Origin: a virus
IMG/VR virus record: IMGVR_UViG_3300045988_164576
Location: 1-18,238 of that record
Direction: 5' to 3' (one strand)
DNA: 18,238 nt
A program made the translations under genes and the position numbers. Within the stretch, counting starts at the first letter, position 1. Every line of letters begins with the position of its first letter. This document shows, one piece after another, positions 6,397 through 12,712 of this stretch. The notes under the pieces are model-generated. The model searched no databases, was not told where the DNA came from, and saw nothing but the letters and a program-made list of their open reading frames with translations.

Positions 6397-7283
6397 TTTT
6401 TAAAGAATGGTTTGAGATGTTCTATAACGCATACTGCGTTGATGTGATAGCCTATGATTGCTATAAGGACTATTACTATATAAATCAAAAACACTTCGGT
6501 TATATAGCCGATATGGAGCTTCTGAGCGTAAAGCCTATTGATATTCAGAATTGTCTTAAATCCACCCTATCTTACAGTAATGACCGCCAAAGACGTTCAT
6601 ATTTCTTACTTAAACGTGTATTCCGTGAAGCTATAGTTAATGGTTATTGTGACAAAAACCCTTGCGACTATATTAAACCTCCAAAACGTATAAAAAAAGA
6701 AGCTGAATATTTTAGCCCCGATAATCTCGTACATCTCTTTGATGATGATAGTAGAGTTTGCAGAATGTTTCAGCTTGACTTGTAGACAGGTCTCCGCCGT
6801 GGTGAACTTCTCGCTCTTAGTTGGGATAACATTGACCTTGATAACAGATATCTTAAAGTTTGTCAGACACTCGTACATACTTCATGCGGTGATAGGATTG
6901 TACAGACCACAAAATCTCGCCGTGATAGGCTTATCCCCTTGCATAGTAATGCAATAGCTATTCTTCATCAGATACGCTCTCAGGACGTTTCAGACGGCTT
7001 TCTGTTCGTTTCACCTATAACGCATACAGTAATATCTCTTAGACGTTATAACAGGCTCTATAGAACGTTCTATGAGCAACAAAAAACAAAGTATCCTGAT
7101 TTACAGTATCTCACCCCGCACAAGCTTAGACATAGCTATGCTACGTATCTTATTCAGTGCGGTGCAGATATTGAAACCCTTAGAGCATTGCTCGGACACG
7201 TTGATATAACAACTACCCAGCGTTATGTACATAGCAATTTTAATCAGATGTGCAAGGCTGTGAATAATCTCAAATTTGAATAA
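6393..7283 (+). pseudogene. Tyrosine integrase interrupted by a single in-frame TAG (6783-6785)
   Basis: ORFs 6393-6785 and 6939-7283 are in the same frame, and the frame is open throughout apart from the single TAG. Translation across it reads MFQLDL*TGLRRGELLALSWDNIDL, against MFRFECLTGLRREEILALRWENVDL in the intact integrase 14713-15621. The TAG aligns with a TTG Leu codon there. The catalytic HKLRHSY, LLGH and RYVH motifs are present downstream. Confidence 0.8.
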
Positions 7284-7305
7284 TAAAGGAGTTTTTAAAA
7301 TGAAA
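7248..7305 (+). repeat. 58-nt direct repeat, copy 1 (integrase 3' end, RBS and first codons of the downstream gene)
   Basis: atgtgcaaGgctgtgaataatctcaaatttgaataataaaggagTttttaaaatgaaa is repeated at 7507-7564 with 2 mismatches. Confidence 0.9.
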
Positions 7306-7506
7306 AGTAAATTTTATACGGAGCAAAAACATAAAGAAACTATGAATCTCGCTGATTTGCTCGAAGGTTCTATAAATCGTATGTGCGTTACTGCTGATAT
7401 GGATGAATTACGTCGACTTCTGATGAATTCAATGTGTAGCCTGTCTGAGTTGTATATCGTCAATCGTAAAAAACTCAAGGAGCGTTTTTCTCAAAATGAT
7501 TTCTGA
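7300..7506 (+). CDS. Hypothetical small protein (cargo gene 1), 68 aa
   Basis: ATG at 7300 follows AAAGGAG, so the ORF-track start at 7276 lies inside the integrase 3' end. No recognisable motifs. It is bracketed by the 58-nt direct repeats. Confidence 0.55.
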   Translation: MKSKFYTEQKHKETMNLADLLEGSINRMCVTADMDELRRLLMNSMCSLSELYIVNRKKLKERFSQNDF

Positions 7507-7564
7507 ATGTGCAAAGCTGTGAATAATCTCAAATTTGAATAATAAAGGAGCTTTTAAAATGAAA
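7507..7564 (+). repeat. 58-nt direct repeat, copy 2
   Basis: See 7248-7305. This copy contains an orphan duplicate of the last integrase codons (MCKAVNNLKFE stop), the RBS and ATGAAA. Confidence 0.9.
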
Positions 7565-7729
7565 GAGTTTAATTTTTGGTGTAAAGAAAATACTGACCAT
7601 GGCGAATGTGCCGATAAGGTATGCGATTATGATAACTGTTGTTGTTATGCCCACTGTGAGGAATGTATATTTTATCTTACAGATTCTCCTGCTTGTGAGA
7701 ATTGCTCTGTACCTTGTTATGATGATTAA
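7559..7729 (+). CDS. Cysteine-rich small protein (11 Cys in 56 aa), cargo gene 2
   Basis: ATG at 7559 follows AAAGGAG. Sequence MKEFNFWCKENTDHGECADKVCDYDNCCCYAHCEECIFYLTDSPACENCSVPCYDD has no signal peptide and an acidic character. Confidence 0.55.
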   Translation: MKEFNFWCKENTDHGECADKVCDYDNCCCYAHCEECIFYLTDSPACENCSVPCYDD

Positions 7730-7759
7730 TATTTACTTGTGAAAATCTTTAGCACTATT

Positions 7760-7853
7760 CAACTAAAAAAACGGCTCTCCACAATAGCGGAAAGCCGTTT
7801 TTACATATTGGTCGGAGTGACCGGATTTGAACCGACGACCTCTACCACCCCAA
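7760..7853. repeat. Direct repeat DR2 (94 nt): second displaced tRNA-Pro 3' 45 nt (7809-7853) plus a terminator copy; junction between elements A and B
   Basis: It matches 127-220 except for A7 vs A6 and T5 vs T6 runs. The terminator stem is 7772-7780 / 7789-7797. Confidence 0.85.
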
Positions 7854-7879
7854 ACACAAATAGAAAATTTTAGGATAAT

Positions 7880-7914
7880 AACCGCCGTATTTTGTTTAAA
7901 TATCGGCGGTTTTA
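7880..7914 (+). terminator. Terminator-like hairpin just inside element B next to the att core
   Basis: Stem ACCGCCG / CGGCGGT (7881-7887 / 7904-7910), extendable through AT pairs with one bulge, followed by tttatt. It is positionally equivalent to 221-251 in element A. Confidence 0.4.
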
Positions 7915-7976
7915 TTGTGCATAGAAATATTACAAAAAGTTTAGTTTGTTAGTGCGGTATTTTAACAAATTATACA

Positions 7977-8027
7977 TTGACAAGAAATATTACAAGTATT
8001 TACGCCATTTTCATAATGTTATATAAT
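7977..8027 (+). promoter_or_regulatory. Candidate promoter region for the element B morphogenesis operon
   Basis: TTGACA at 7977-7982 lacks a good -10 at 17 nt. Alternative -10 boxes are CATAAT (8012-8017) and TATAAT (8022-8027). The 13-nt direct repeat AGAAATATTACAA occurs at 7923-7935 and 7983-7995. An inverted repeat TGTAGTT/AACTACA lies at 8033-8051, just downstream. Confidence 0.35.
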
Positions 8028-8085
8028 ATAACTGTAGTTAAGAGAACTACAACAAATTATTAATTGATTTTGGAGGTATGACAAG

Positions 8086-8361
8086 ATGTATATTGTCAAA
8101 GGTTTTAAGAAAAACAGTGGAGTTATCAAGGAAACTGGCAGAAAGTGGGAAAACTACACACTCTTTTGTCTTAAGGAAAGTAAGGACGAGAGTGTGACAG
8201 GATATGAAACACATATTGCTAAAGTGTCAACAAAGGTCTTGCAGGAAACTTTCCCTAACTCTGCGGCTATCATTGATAGCCATGTAAATATTAATTATGG
8301 CGTTCGTACTTTTGGCGGTGCTGAAAAGCTTGTTGTCGAAAGTATAGACATAATCAAGTAA
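8086..8361 (+). CDS. Hypothetical protein, possibly a gpV-like ssDNA-binding protein
   Basis: 91-aa ORF with a GGAGG RBS, the first gene of the operon and upstream of the coat-like gene. It is a weak homolog of 1446-1763. Confidence 0.5.
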   Translation: MYIVKGFKKNSGVIKETGRKWENYTLFCLKESKDESVTGYETHIAKVSTKVLQETFPNSAAIIDSHVNINYGVRTFGGAEKLVVESIDIIK

Positions 8362-8378
8362 GAAAGGAGTTTAAGAGT

Positions 8379-8558
8379 ATGCCTATTACAGTTCTTACAG
8401 GTGAAACATCAACTATTACTTCTGGTGTTTCAACAATCACTGACCTTGTATCACAGGTTTGGACACTTATGACAAGCAATCCGCTTGTTATGGTCTTTGT
8501 AGGTGCATCACTCCTCGGTGTTGCAATCGGCGTTATCAGAAAGCTTACACATAAGTAA
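8379..8558 (+). CDS. Major coat protein-like (pVIII-like), 59 aa
   Basis: AAAGGAG RBS, ATG at 8379. Sequence MPITVLTGETSTITSGVSTITDLVSQVWTLMTSNPLVMVFVGASLLGVAIGVIRKLTHK has a hydrophobic helix, a basic C-terminus and the shared W-x-x-MTSN-P motif. A terminator follows. Confidence 0.65.
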   Translation: MPITVLTGETSTITSGVSTITDLVSQVWTLMTSNPLVMVFVGASLLGVAIGVIRKLTHK

Positions 8559-8575
8559 GCCGTATATCTCGCTTG

Positions 8576-8610
8576 TGCGGGGCGGTCAATCCGCTCCGCA
8601 TTTTTATTTT
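8576..8610 (+). terminator. Intrinsic terminator after the coat-like gene
   Basis: 9-bp GC-rich stem 8577-8585 / 8591-8599 (one G-U), loop tcaat, then tttttatttt. Confidence 0.65.
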
Positions 8611-8626
8611 AGAAAGGAGAAAAAAT

Positions 8627-10177
8627 ATGAAAACAAAACTTCGGCGGTTTGTGTCAATCCTCTCCGCCATGGTTCTTATGGTCTGCTGTGCCGTTCCTGC
8701 GTTTGCTGATGATATCGGCTCTTCTTACACTACATGGAATGATACCATTAAACAAAATGTTTTTTCGTGTATTCCTGAGAGTGATAAAACCGATTACTAT
8801 ACTGTTATTGCTGCCCCTTACGGCAGTGGTTTTACTTATACTATTATATTTTGTAAATCTAGTACTTCTGTGACTTATTTCGGCAGTAATCTTCATTGCT
8901 ATGTATCAAAGGCTGATTATAATGCGTTTGCGTGTGTCCTCGTTACCTCAGAAAATAAACCTCTCTATGATGATACAGCTACCGATTGGCGGTCTGAAAA
9001 TGGCGATTACTTCGACCATGAGCCTTATGATTATTCAAGCGGTCAAGCCAAGGTAATATATAGTAACGTTCCTGTTTTAAATTGGGAAGATAAGAAAACA
9101 CCTGCATGGAAAGACCCTAACGCCCCACCAGTTCCTTTTACTGTCGATTATTCCCCTGCTCTCTCTGAGGGCATGAGCCGCAAGGGAACTCTTGTCGCTC
9201 CTGGTGCAAGCAACAACGGACAGGAAATTGAAAGCAATGGTCTTAACGTCCGTGTCACACTAACGGACGAATTTTTAAAACTCCGTGACAGCTATGATGA
9301 ACTTAAAGATTATACATATGAATTTGTATGTTATATTACTACTTCCCCCCCTGAAAAGTCGTCTTATGAAGAAAGCGTTAAAAACGCTGTTTATACTTCA
9401 TTGGACTATGGCAAATATATGTATACTACAAGCGGCGTTGTTGATGATGTTACGGACGATAATAAAGAGCCTACAGAATGGATAAAGGCAGAGGGCATAA
9501 ATGCTGGCTATATAATTGGCAAGGGTGGCGAGGTTAAGAATGTTACTATCAATCTTGAAAACCTCGACAGCTCACAGTTTACCGCCGATACAAAGCTTTA
9601 TATCGTGGTATATGGTCGCTTGACTTCTCTTTCAGTGCCGACCCCTGATTACTTCGACCTCGACAATCAAGGTTATCTTTGCAATCAAGGTTCTTTGAAT
9701 ACAAAGCAGATTGTAACAGTAAATGCCGACCCCGAAACAGGCGAGGGAATAGATGTTGTAATGCCTGATTACTATTGTGTAACGTCAACGGCGTTCAATT
9801 ATAAGGACTATCCCGAATACAAGCCGAAAATATTCAAGAATGGTGCTGAAATGGATACAAACAAGCCGTTTACTGATTATCTTGATAAGAAGTTGACCCC
9901 TGATTATATGTATGATTATGATATGGATAAAAAGGGCGAAAGTGGTCTTGCTCCTGACGATTTCAAGAAATATGAGGAACAAAAAAATCTTGATAAAAAT
10001 TTCGGTTCGTTTGATTTTGGTTTGGATAGTATTAAATCAGTGTTTGACGGCTCGTCCGACTTCTTCAAGTTTTTAACTGCAAGTATAGGTATCTTGCCCA
10101 CAACGTTCTTAACTATCCTTATCGCTTTCTTTGTTGTCATGTTGGCAATTTGCGTTGTTAAATGGGTATTGAAGTAG
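8627..10177 (+). CDS. pIII-like adsorption / minor coat protein (signal peptide plus C-terminal anchor)
   Basis: ATG at 8627 follows AAAGGAG, whereas the ORF-track start at 8573 lies inside the terminator hairpin. The N-terminus is MKTKLRRFVSILSAMVLMVCCAVPAFA and the C-terminal anchor is LTILIAFFVVMLAICVVKWVL. Conserved segments shared with 2044-3798 include P-x-PFTV-x-Y-x-P and NFGS-x-DF. Confidence 0.7.
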   Translation: MKTKLRRFVSILSAMVLMVCCAVPAFADDIGSSYTTWNDTIKQNVFSCIPESDKTDYYTVIAAPYGSGFTYTIIFCKSSTSVTYFGSNLHCYVSKADYNAFACVLVTSENKPLYDDTATDWRSENGDYFDHEPYDYSSGQAKVIYSNVPVLNWEDKKTPAWKDPNAPPVPFTVDYSPALSEGMSRKGTLVAPGASNNGQEIESNGLNVRVTLTDEFLKLRDSYDELKDYTYEFVCYITTSPPEKSSYEESVKNAVYTSLDYGKYMYTTSGVVDDVTDDNKEPTEWIKAEGINAGYIIGKGGEVKNVTINLENLDSSQFTADTKLYIVVYGRLTSLSVPTPDYFDLDNQGYLCNQGSLNTKQIVTVNADPETGEGIDVVMPDYYCVTSTAFNYKDYPEYKPKIFKNGAEMDTNKPFTDYLDKKLTPDYMYDYDMDKKGESGLAPDDFKKYEEQKNLDKNFGSFDFGLDSIKSVFDGSSDFFKFLTASIGILPTTFLTILIAFFVVMLAICVVKWVLK

Positions 10178-10187
10178 GGGGTGCAAT

Positions 10188-10355
10188 ATGGATTGGTTTT
10201 CACTCATGAAGTCGCTTTTTGTTTCAATTCAACACTTAATGTGTTTGCGTATTCGTTTCGGTGAATTTAGTTTTACAGTAGGTGCAATGATTGTTGGATT
10301 GTTTGTTATATCCTGCTCCGTTGCTCTGCTAAAATATCTTTTTCACAATACATAA
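10188..10355 (+). CDS. Small membrane protein, 55 aa (homolog of 3807-3971)
   Basis: GGGGGTG RBS-like sequence, ATG at 10188. Sequence MDWFSLMKSLFVSIQHLMCLRIRFGEFSFTVGAMIVGLFVISCSVALLKYLFHNT. Confidence 0.6.
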   Translation: MDWFSLMKSLFVSIQHLMCLRIRFGEFSFTVGAMIVGLFVISCSVALLKYLFHNT

Positions 10356-10367
10356 GGAGTTGTTAAA

Positions 10368-10613
10368 ATGGTTGCAATATTAAAATTATTCGTCCTGTCA
10401 CTAATAGTCATTTTGGCTATTAGTGCGGTTCTTGGCGTGTTGACGTTCTTCATAGATATCCACGCTTTTAAATCTGAAAAAGACTTGTCGCTCCCTCGTA
10501 AACGGCTTATTGAAGCATTATACGAGGAACAGGAACTCAAAAAGAAAGCGGCTGAACAGCCGCAGGACACACCACAGAGCGACAAGCAAGAGCCTGAGAA
10601 AGAGGGGTGGTAA
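10368..10613 (+). CDS. Small membrane protein with an N-terminal TM segment and acidic/charged tail (homolog of 4058-4294)
   Basis: AAGGAG RBS. 81 aa, with a hydrophobic N-terminus and a charged C-terminus. Confidence 0.65.
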   Translation: MVAILKLFVLSLIVILAISAVLGVLTFFIDIHAFKSEKDLSLPRKRLIEALYEEQELKKKAAEQPQDTPQSDKQEPEKEGW

Positions 10614-10813
10614 ATGTGTTATATGATGTTCAAAACGCCTGCTATCAATTGCTAAAGCTTCTTGGCTGTGACCTCGCCGCCATTGATGTTATAAAGACGT
10701 GGAAACAGTTCGGCGTGTTGTGCTTGGAATTTGTCTTTGCCTGCATTATGCTGTTTCTGCTGTGGAAAATGCTATACAATGCTATGATACGATTTTTCAA
10801 TCCTCGAAGGTGA
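10607..10813 (+). CDS. Small membrane protein (homolog of 4272-4481); start uncertain (GTG at 10607 or 10616)
   Basis: It carries the motifs YQLLKLLGCDL and YNAMIR. The RBS-like AGAGGGG ends at 10607, which favours the GTG at 10616. Confidence 0.55.
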   Translation: MVNVLYDVQNACYQLLKLLGCDLAAIDVIKTWKQFGVLCLEFVFACIMLFLLWKMLYNAMIRFFNPRR

Positions 10814-10818
10814 TAGCC

Positions 10819-10890
10819 GTGTGGACTATTCTTGCTTTGTACATTATTTCTGTTATACTTTATTTTATTTTTAATTGGGGTGATAAATAA
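10819..10890 (+). CDS. Possible 23-aa hydrophobic peptide (pVII/pIX-like size class)
   Basis: GTG at 10819 lies 5 nt after GAAGGTGA. The sequence (M)WTILALYIISVILYFIFNWGDK has its stop abutting the Zot ATG (taaATG). A degenerate copy is present in the relic at 12713-12880. Confidence 0.35.
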   Translation: MWTILALYIISVILYFIFNWGDK

Positions 10891-11688
10891 ATGGTTCTTT
10901 TCGATTACTTCGTACGCCTGCCGTCCTTGGCGGCTTATGTAGCTTATGATAAGGCTACAAGCCTTTATTTCAACTGGTCGCAAATATTCAACGGTTGGGG
11001 TATACACCTTTTTGTCGGCAAGTTCGGTGCAGGCAAAACCTCGCTTATGGTCGCACAAGCCTATGATTTGTGTGTGAAATACCCTCAGCTACACATATTA
11101 ACTAATATCAATATCAAAAACTTTCCCGACTATACGGAGATACTCCCCTTGAACACTGCACAAGATATCCTCAACGCTCCTAAAAACACGCTTGTACTTA
11201 TTGACGAGATAGGCACAATATTCAATAGCCGTGACTTTTCGGGCGGTAAATGTGCCGTTCCTAAACCGCTATTTCAGCATTTGTGCCAATGCCGTAAACG
11301 GCGTATGATGATATATGCAACAGTACAACGCTTCAACTTGCTTGACAAACAAATTAGAGATATTACCGCAGACGTGACCGCTTGCCATACGCATTTCAAA
11401 CACCCATTTTGTCGTATACAGACAGGTTACACCTACGATATAGAGGAATACGAACTATACAGTGAAAACAAGGCGTATACGCCTGTTCAGATGTATAACC
11501 GCACATACTTACAGACAAATAAACGCCGTCAGCTCTATGATACATCACAGCTTGTCACGAATATGCTTTCAAAAGAGTATCTCAGTGATGAAGAAATACT
11601 CGCCAATCGTGAGGGAATAGAGCCTAACACACAGCCACTTGACCGAAAGCAGAAGAAATCTATTCGCAAGCGGAAAAATGCTTGGTAA
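10891..11688 (+). CDS. Zot / pI-like P-loop morphogenesis ATPase
   Basis: Walker A is GKFGAGKTS and Walker B is LVLIDEIG. It is colinear with 4492-5286 over its full length. Confidence 0.75.
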   Translation: MVLFDYFVRLPSLAAYVAYDKATSLYFNWSQIFNGWGIHLFVGKFGAGKTSLMVAQAYDLCVKYPQLHILTNINIKNFPDYTEILPLNTAQDILNAPKNTLVLIDEIGTIFNSRDFSGGKCAVPKPLFQHLCQCRKRRMMIYATVQRFNLLDKQIRDITADVTACHTHFKHPFCRIQTGYTYDIEEYELYSENKAYTPVQMYNRTYLQTNKRRQLYDTSQLVTNMLSKEYLSDEEILANREGIEPNTQPLDRKQKKSIRKRKNAW

Positions 11689-11691
11689 TGA

Positions 11692-11733
11692 AACAACTCG
11701 CAGTGGTTGCCGTGAGGCTCACTGCGAGTTGTT
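11692..11733. other. Perfect 14-bp-stem hairpin between convergent genes (terminator or ssDNA structural signal)
   Basis: AACAACTCGCAGTG (11692-11705) pairs perfectly with CACTGCGAGTTGTT (11720-11733), with a 14-nt loop. There is no clean U-tract on either strand. The 3' arm overlaps the end of the minus-strand ORF 11719-11955. Confidence 0.5.
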
Positions 11734-11955
11734 GTTGTCTTTGTTGTTAATCATCAGCAGATTGCTATTAACTGTGTTCTGCTGTATCTGTCTTAATAAT
11801 TCCGTTTGTTTCTCTTCTTCTCGTCTTATCGCTTTGCTGTTTCCTGCTATTTCAAATATAGCACATATCAACAGTATCACAATGACTATTTTCACGATAA
11901 GTATAACAACGCTTATTGACGTCATAGCCTCCAACGCTGTGAATATTTCTTCCAT
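11719..11955 (-). CDS. Small membrane protein co-transcribed with the regulator (homolog of 557-790)
   Basis: 78 aa with TM segment VVILIVKIVIVILLICAIF and a charged tail containing EKQTELLRQIQQNTV. The start lies 4 nt after the regulator stop. Confidence 0.6.
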   Translation of the reverse strand: MEEIFTALEAMTSISVVILIVKIVIVILLICAIFEIAGNSKAIRREEEKQTELLRQIQQNTVNSNLLMINNKDNNNSQ

Positions 11956-11959
11956 ACTC

Positions 11960-12202
11960 TCACCCCTCGTCCGTATGTGTTTTTATTACAATGTGGCTGT
12001 CCTCTGCTGATTTTATCTCATCAGTGATAACCTTTTTGAGATATCCCGCTTTTGACAAGCCTAACTCTTTTGCTCGGTCTTTTATCATTTGGTTAAAGCC
12101 CTTTGGTGCGTCAAACTGCACTTTCTCCAAATTTTCAGCGTCCCACTTTGCATTTGCTCGTTTTCGTGCGTCTGATACTGGCATTTCCTCACCTACTTTC
12201 AT
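11960..12202 (-). CDS. Ribbon-helix-helix (CopG/Arc-like) DNA-binding regulator; the start may be ATG 12184
   Basis: EKVQFDAPKGFNQMIKDRAKELGLSKAGYLKKVI fits a beta-strand, helix, helix RHH pattern. The second Met (12184) is preceded by AGGTGAGGA. The first ATG (12202) would sit at the predicted transcript 5' end, giving a leaderless mRNA. Confidence 0.6.
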   Translation of the reverse strand: MKVGEEMPVSDARKRANAKWDAENLEKVQFDAPKGFNQMIKDRAKELGLSKAGYLKKVITDEIKSAEDSHIVIKTHTDEG

Positions 12203-12209
12203 TAACTTA

Positions 12210-12321
12210 ATTATACAACACTTTCATAAAGCTGTCAATATGTACTGTATCGAGTACATAAAATATTAATATAAGCAATACACTTTGTTTACTTGACTTT
12301 GTACTCAATCGGGTGTATACT
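12210..12321. promoter_or_regulatory. Divergent promoters plus GTAC-core operators (element B immunity switch)
   Basis: Minus strand: TTGACA (12233-12238), 17-nt spacer, TATAAT (12210-12215). Plus strand: TTGACT 12293-12298, 17-nt spacer, TATACT 12316-12321. The palindrome ATGTACTgtatcgAGTACAT lies at 12240-12259. An extra TGTACT half-site lies at 12300-12305, inside the plus-promoter spacer. Confidence 0.6.
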
Positions 12322-12333
12322 TAATATAGACAA

Positions 12334-12474
12334 AAAGATAACTACGATTAAATCGGTGAATGACGACAGCCTGTAATGGAAAAGTCTCGAAAGGTAGGTA
12401 GTAGCCGTGAAAGTGAGCATAATAGGTAGCACTCTATTTTTAGAGTTTCGGCACTAAAGAAGCCACCGGGTAAG
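12334..12474 (+). ncRNA. Conserved structured non-coding element, copy 2
   Basis: 141 nt, nearly identical to 1220-1367 (see that entry). It again begins about 12 nt after a -10 box, but here it precedes a different gene (12528-12689) and lies mid-element. Confidence 0.45.
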
Positions 12475-12527
12475 GACCTGTTTTTCTTATTGTCTATCTT
12501 TAATCAAATTTGAAAGGAGTGAGGATA

Positions 12528-12689
12528 ATGCAGAACATGCCTACAGCTACAGAACTTGCGATAAAGTATGCAAAGCGTGAACAGCTTAGAATTATAATAG
12601 ACAAGGCTCTGAATATTCATGCTGATTGCGAATATGAAGCTTTATCAAAGCTGATTAACAAACTTGAACAAATGCTTGAAGAAGCATAA
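12528..12689 (+). CDS. Hypothetical small helical protein, 53 aa
   Basis: AAAGGAGTGAGG RBS, ATG at 12528. Sequence MQNMPTATELAIKYAKREQLRIIIDKALNIHADCEYEALSKLINKLEQMLEEA has no counterpart in element A. Confidence 0.55.
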   Translation: MQNMPTATELAIKYAKREQLRIIIDKALNIHADCEYEALSKLINKLEQMLEEA

Positions 12690-12712
12690 AAAAAATGTAG
12701 TCGGCAATCCGT

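Larger units (their letters stand above)
221..7808. mobile_element. Integrated inovirus-like (filamentous ssDNA phage-like) element A, about 7.6 kb, bounded by 45-nt tRNA-Pro-derived att copies
   Basis: It is bracketed by att copies 176-220 and 7809-7853. It contains a Zot/pI-like ATPase, a coat-like small protein, a pIII-like protein, small TM proteins, an RCR Rep, a tyrosine integrase (disrupted) and an XRE regulator. Almost all genes lie on one strand and the size is typical of an inovirus. Confidence 0.75.

Noticed and set aside
6783-6785. TAG as a recoded sense codon (stop-codon reassignment or pyrrolysine)
   Set aside because: TAG ends other well-supported genes in the same elements (3969-3971, 4051-4053, 10175-10177). 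No recoding signal is visible, so a nonsense mutation is the simpler explanation.
6739-6957. 72-aa ORF bridging the two integrase pieces
   Set aside because: It is out of frame with the integrase and has no integrase-like sequence. The integrase frame itself is continuous apart from one TAG, so no frameshift model is needed.
8573-8626. Upstream extension of the pIII-like ORF given in the ORF track
   Set aside because: The non-ATG start lies inside the coat-gene terminator hairpin. The ATG at 8627 has an AAAGGAG RBS and yields a signal peptide matching that of the element A homolog.
11719-12202. RHH protein plus downstream small membrane protein as a toxin-antitoxin pair
   Set aside because: The same small membrane protein is paired with an XRE repressor in element A, and the regulator sits on a classic divergent operator region. 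An immunity module explains it better, and no toxin-family motif was recognised.
11639-12269. Plus-strand ORFs 11639-12010 and 11991-12269
   Set aside because: They are antisense to the two minus-strand genes, which have homologs or motifs, RBSs and promoters. Their sequences are low-complexity and hydrophobic and they have no RBS.
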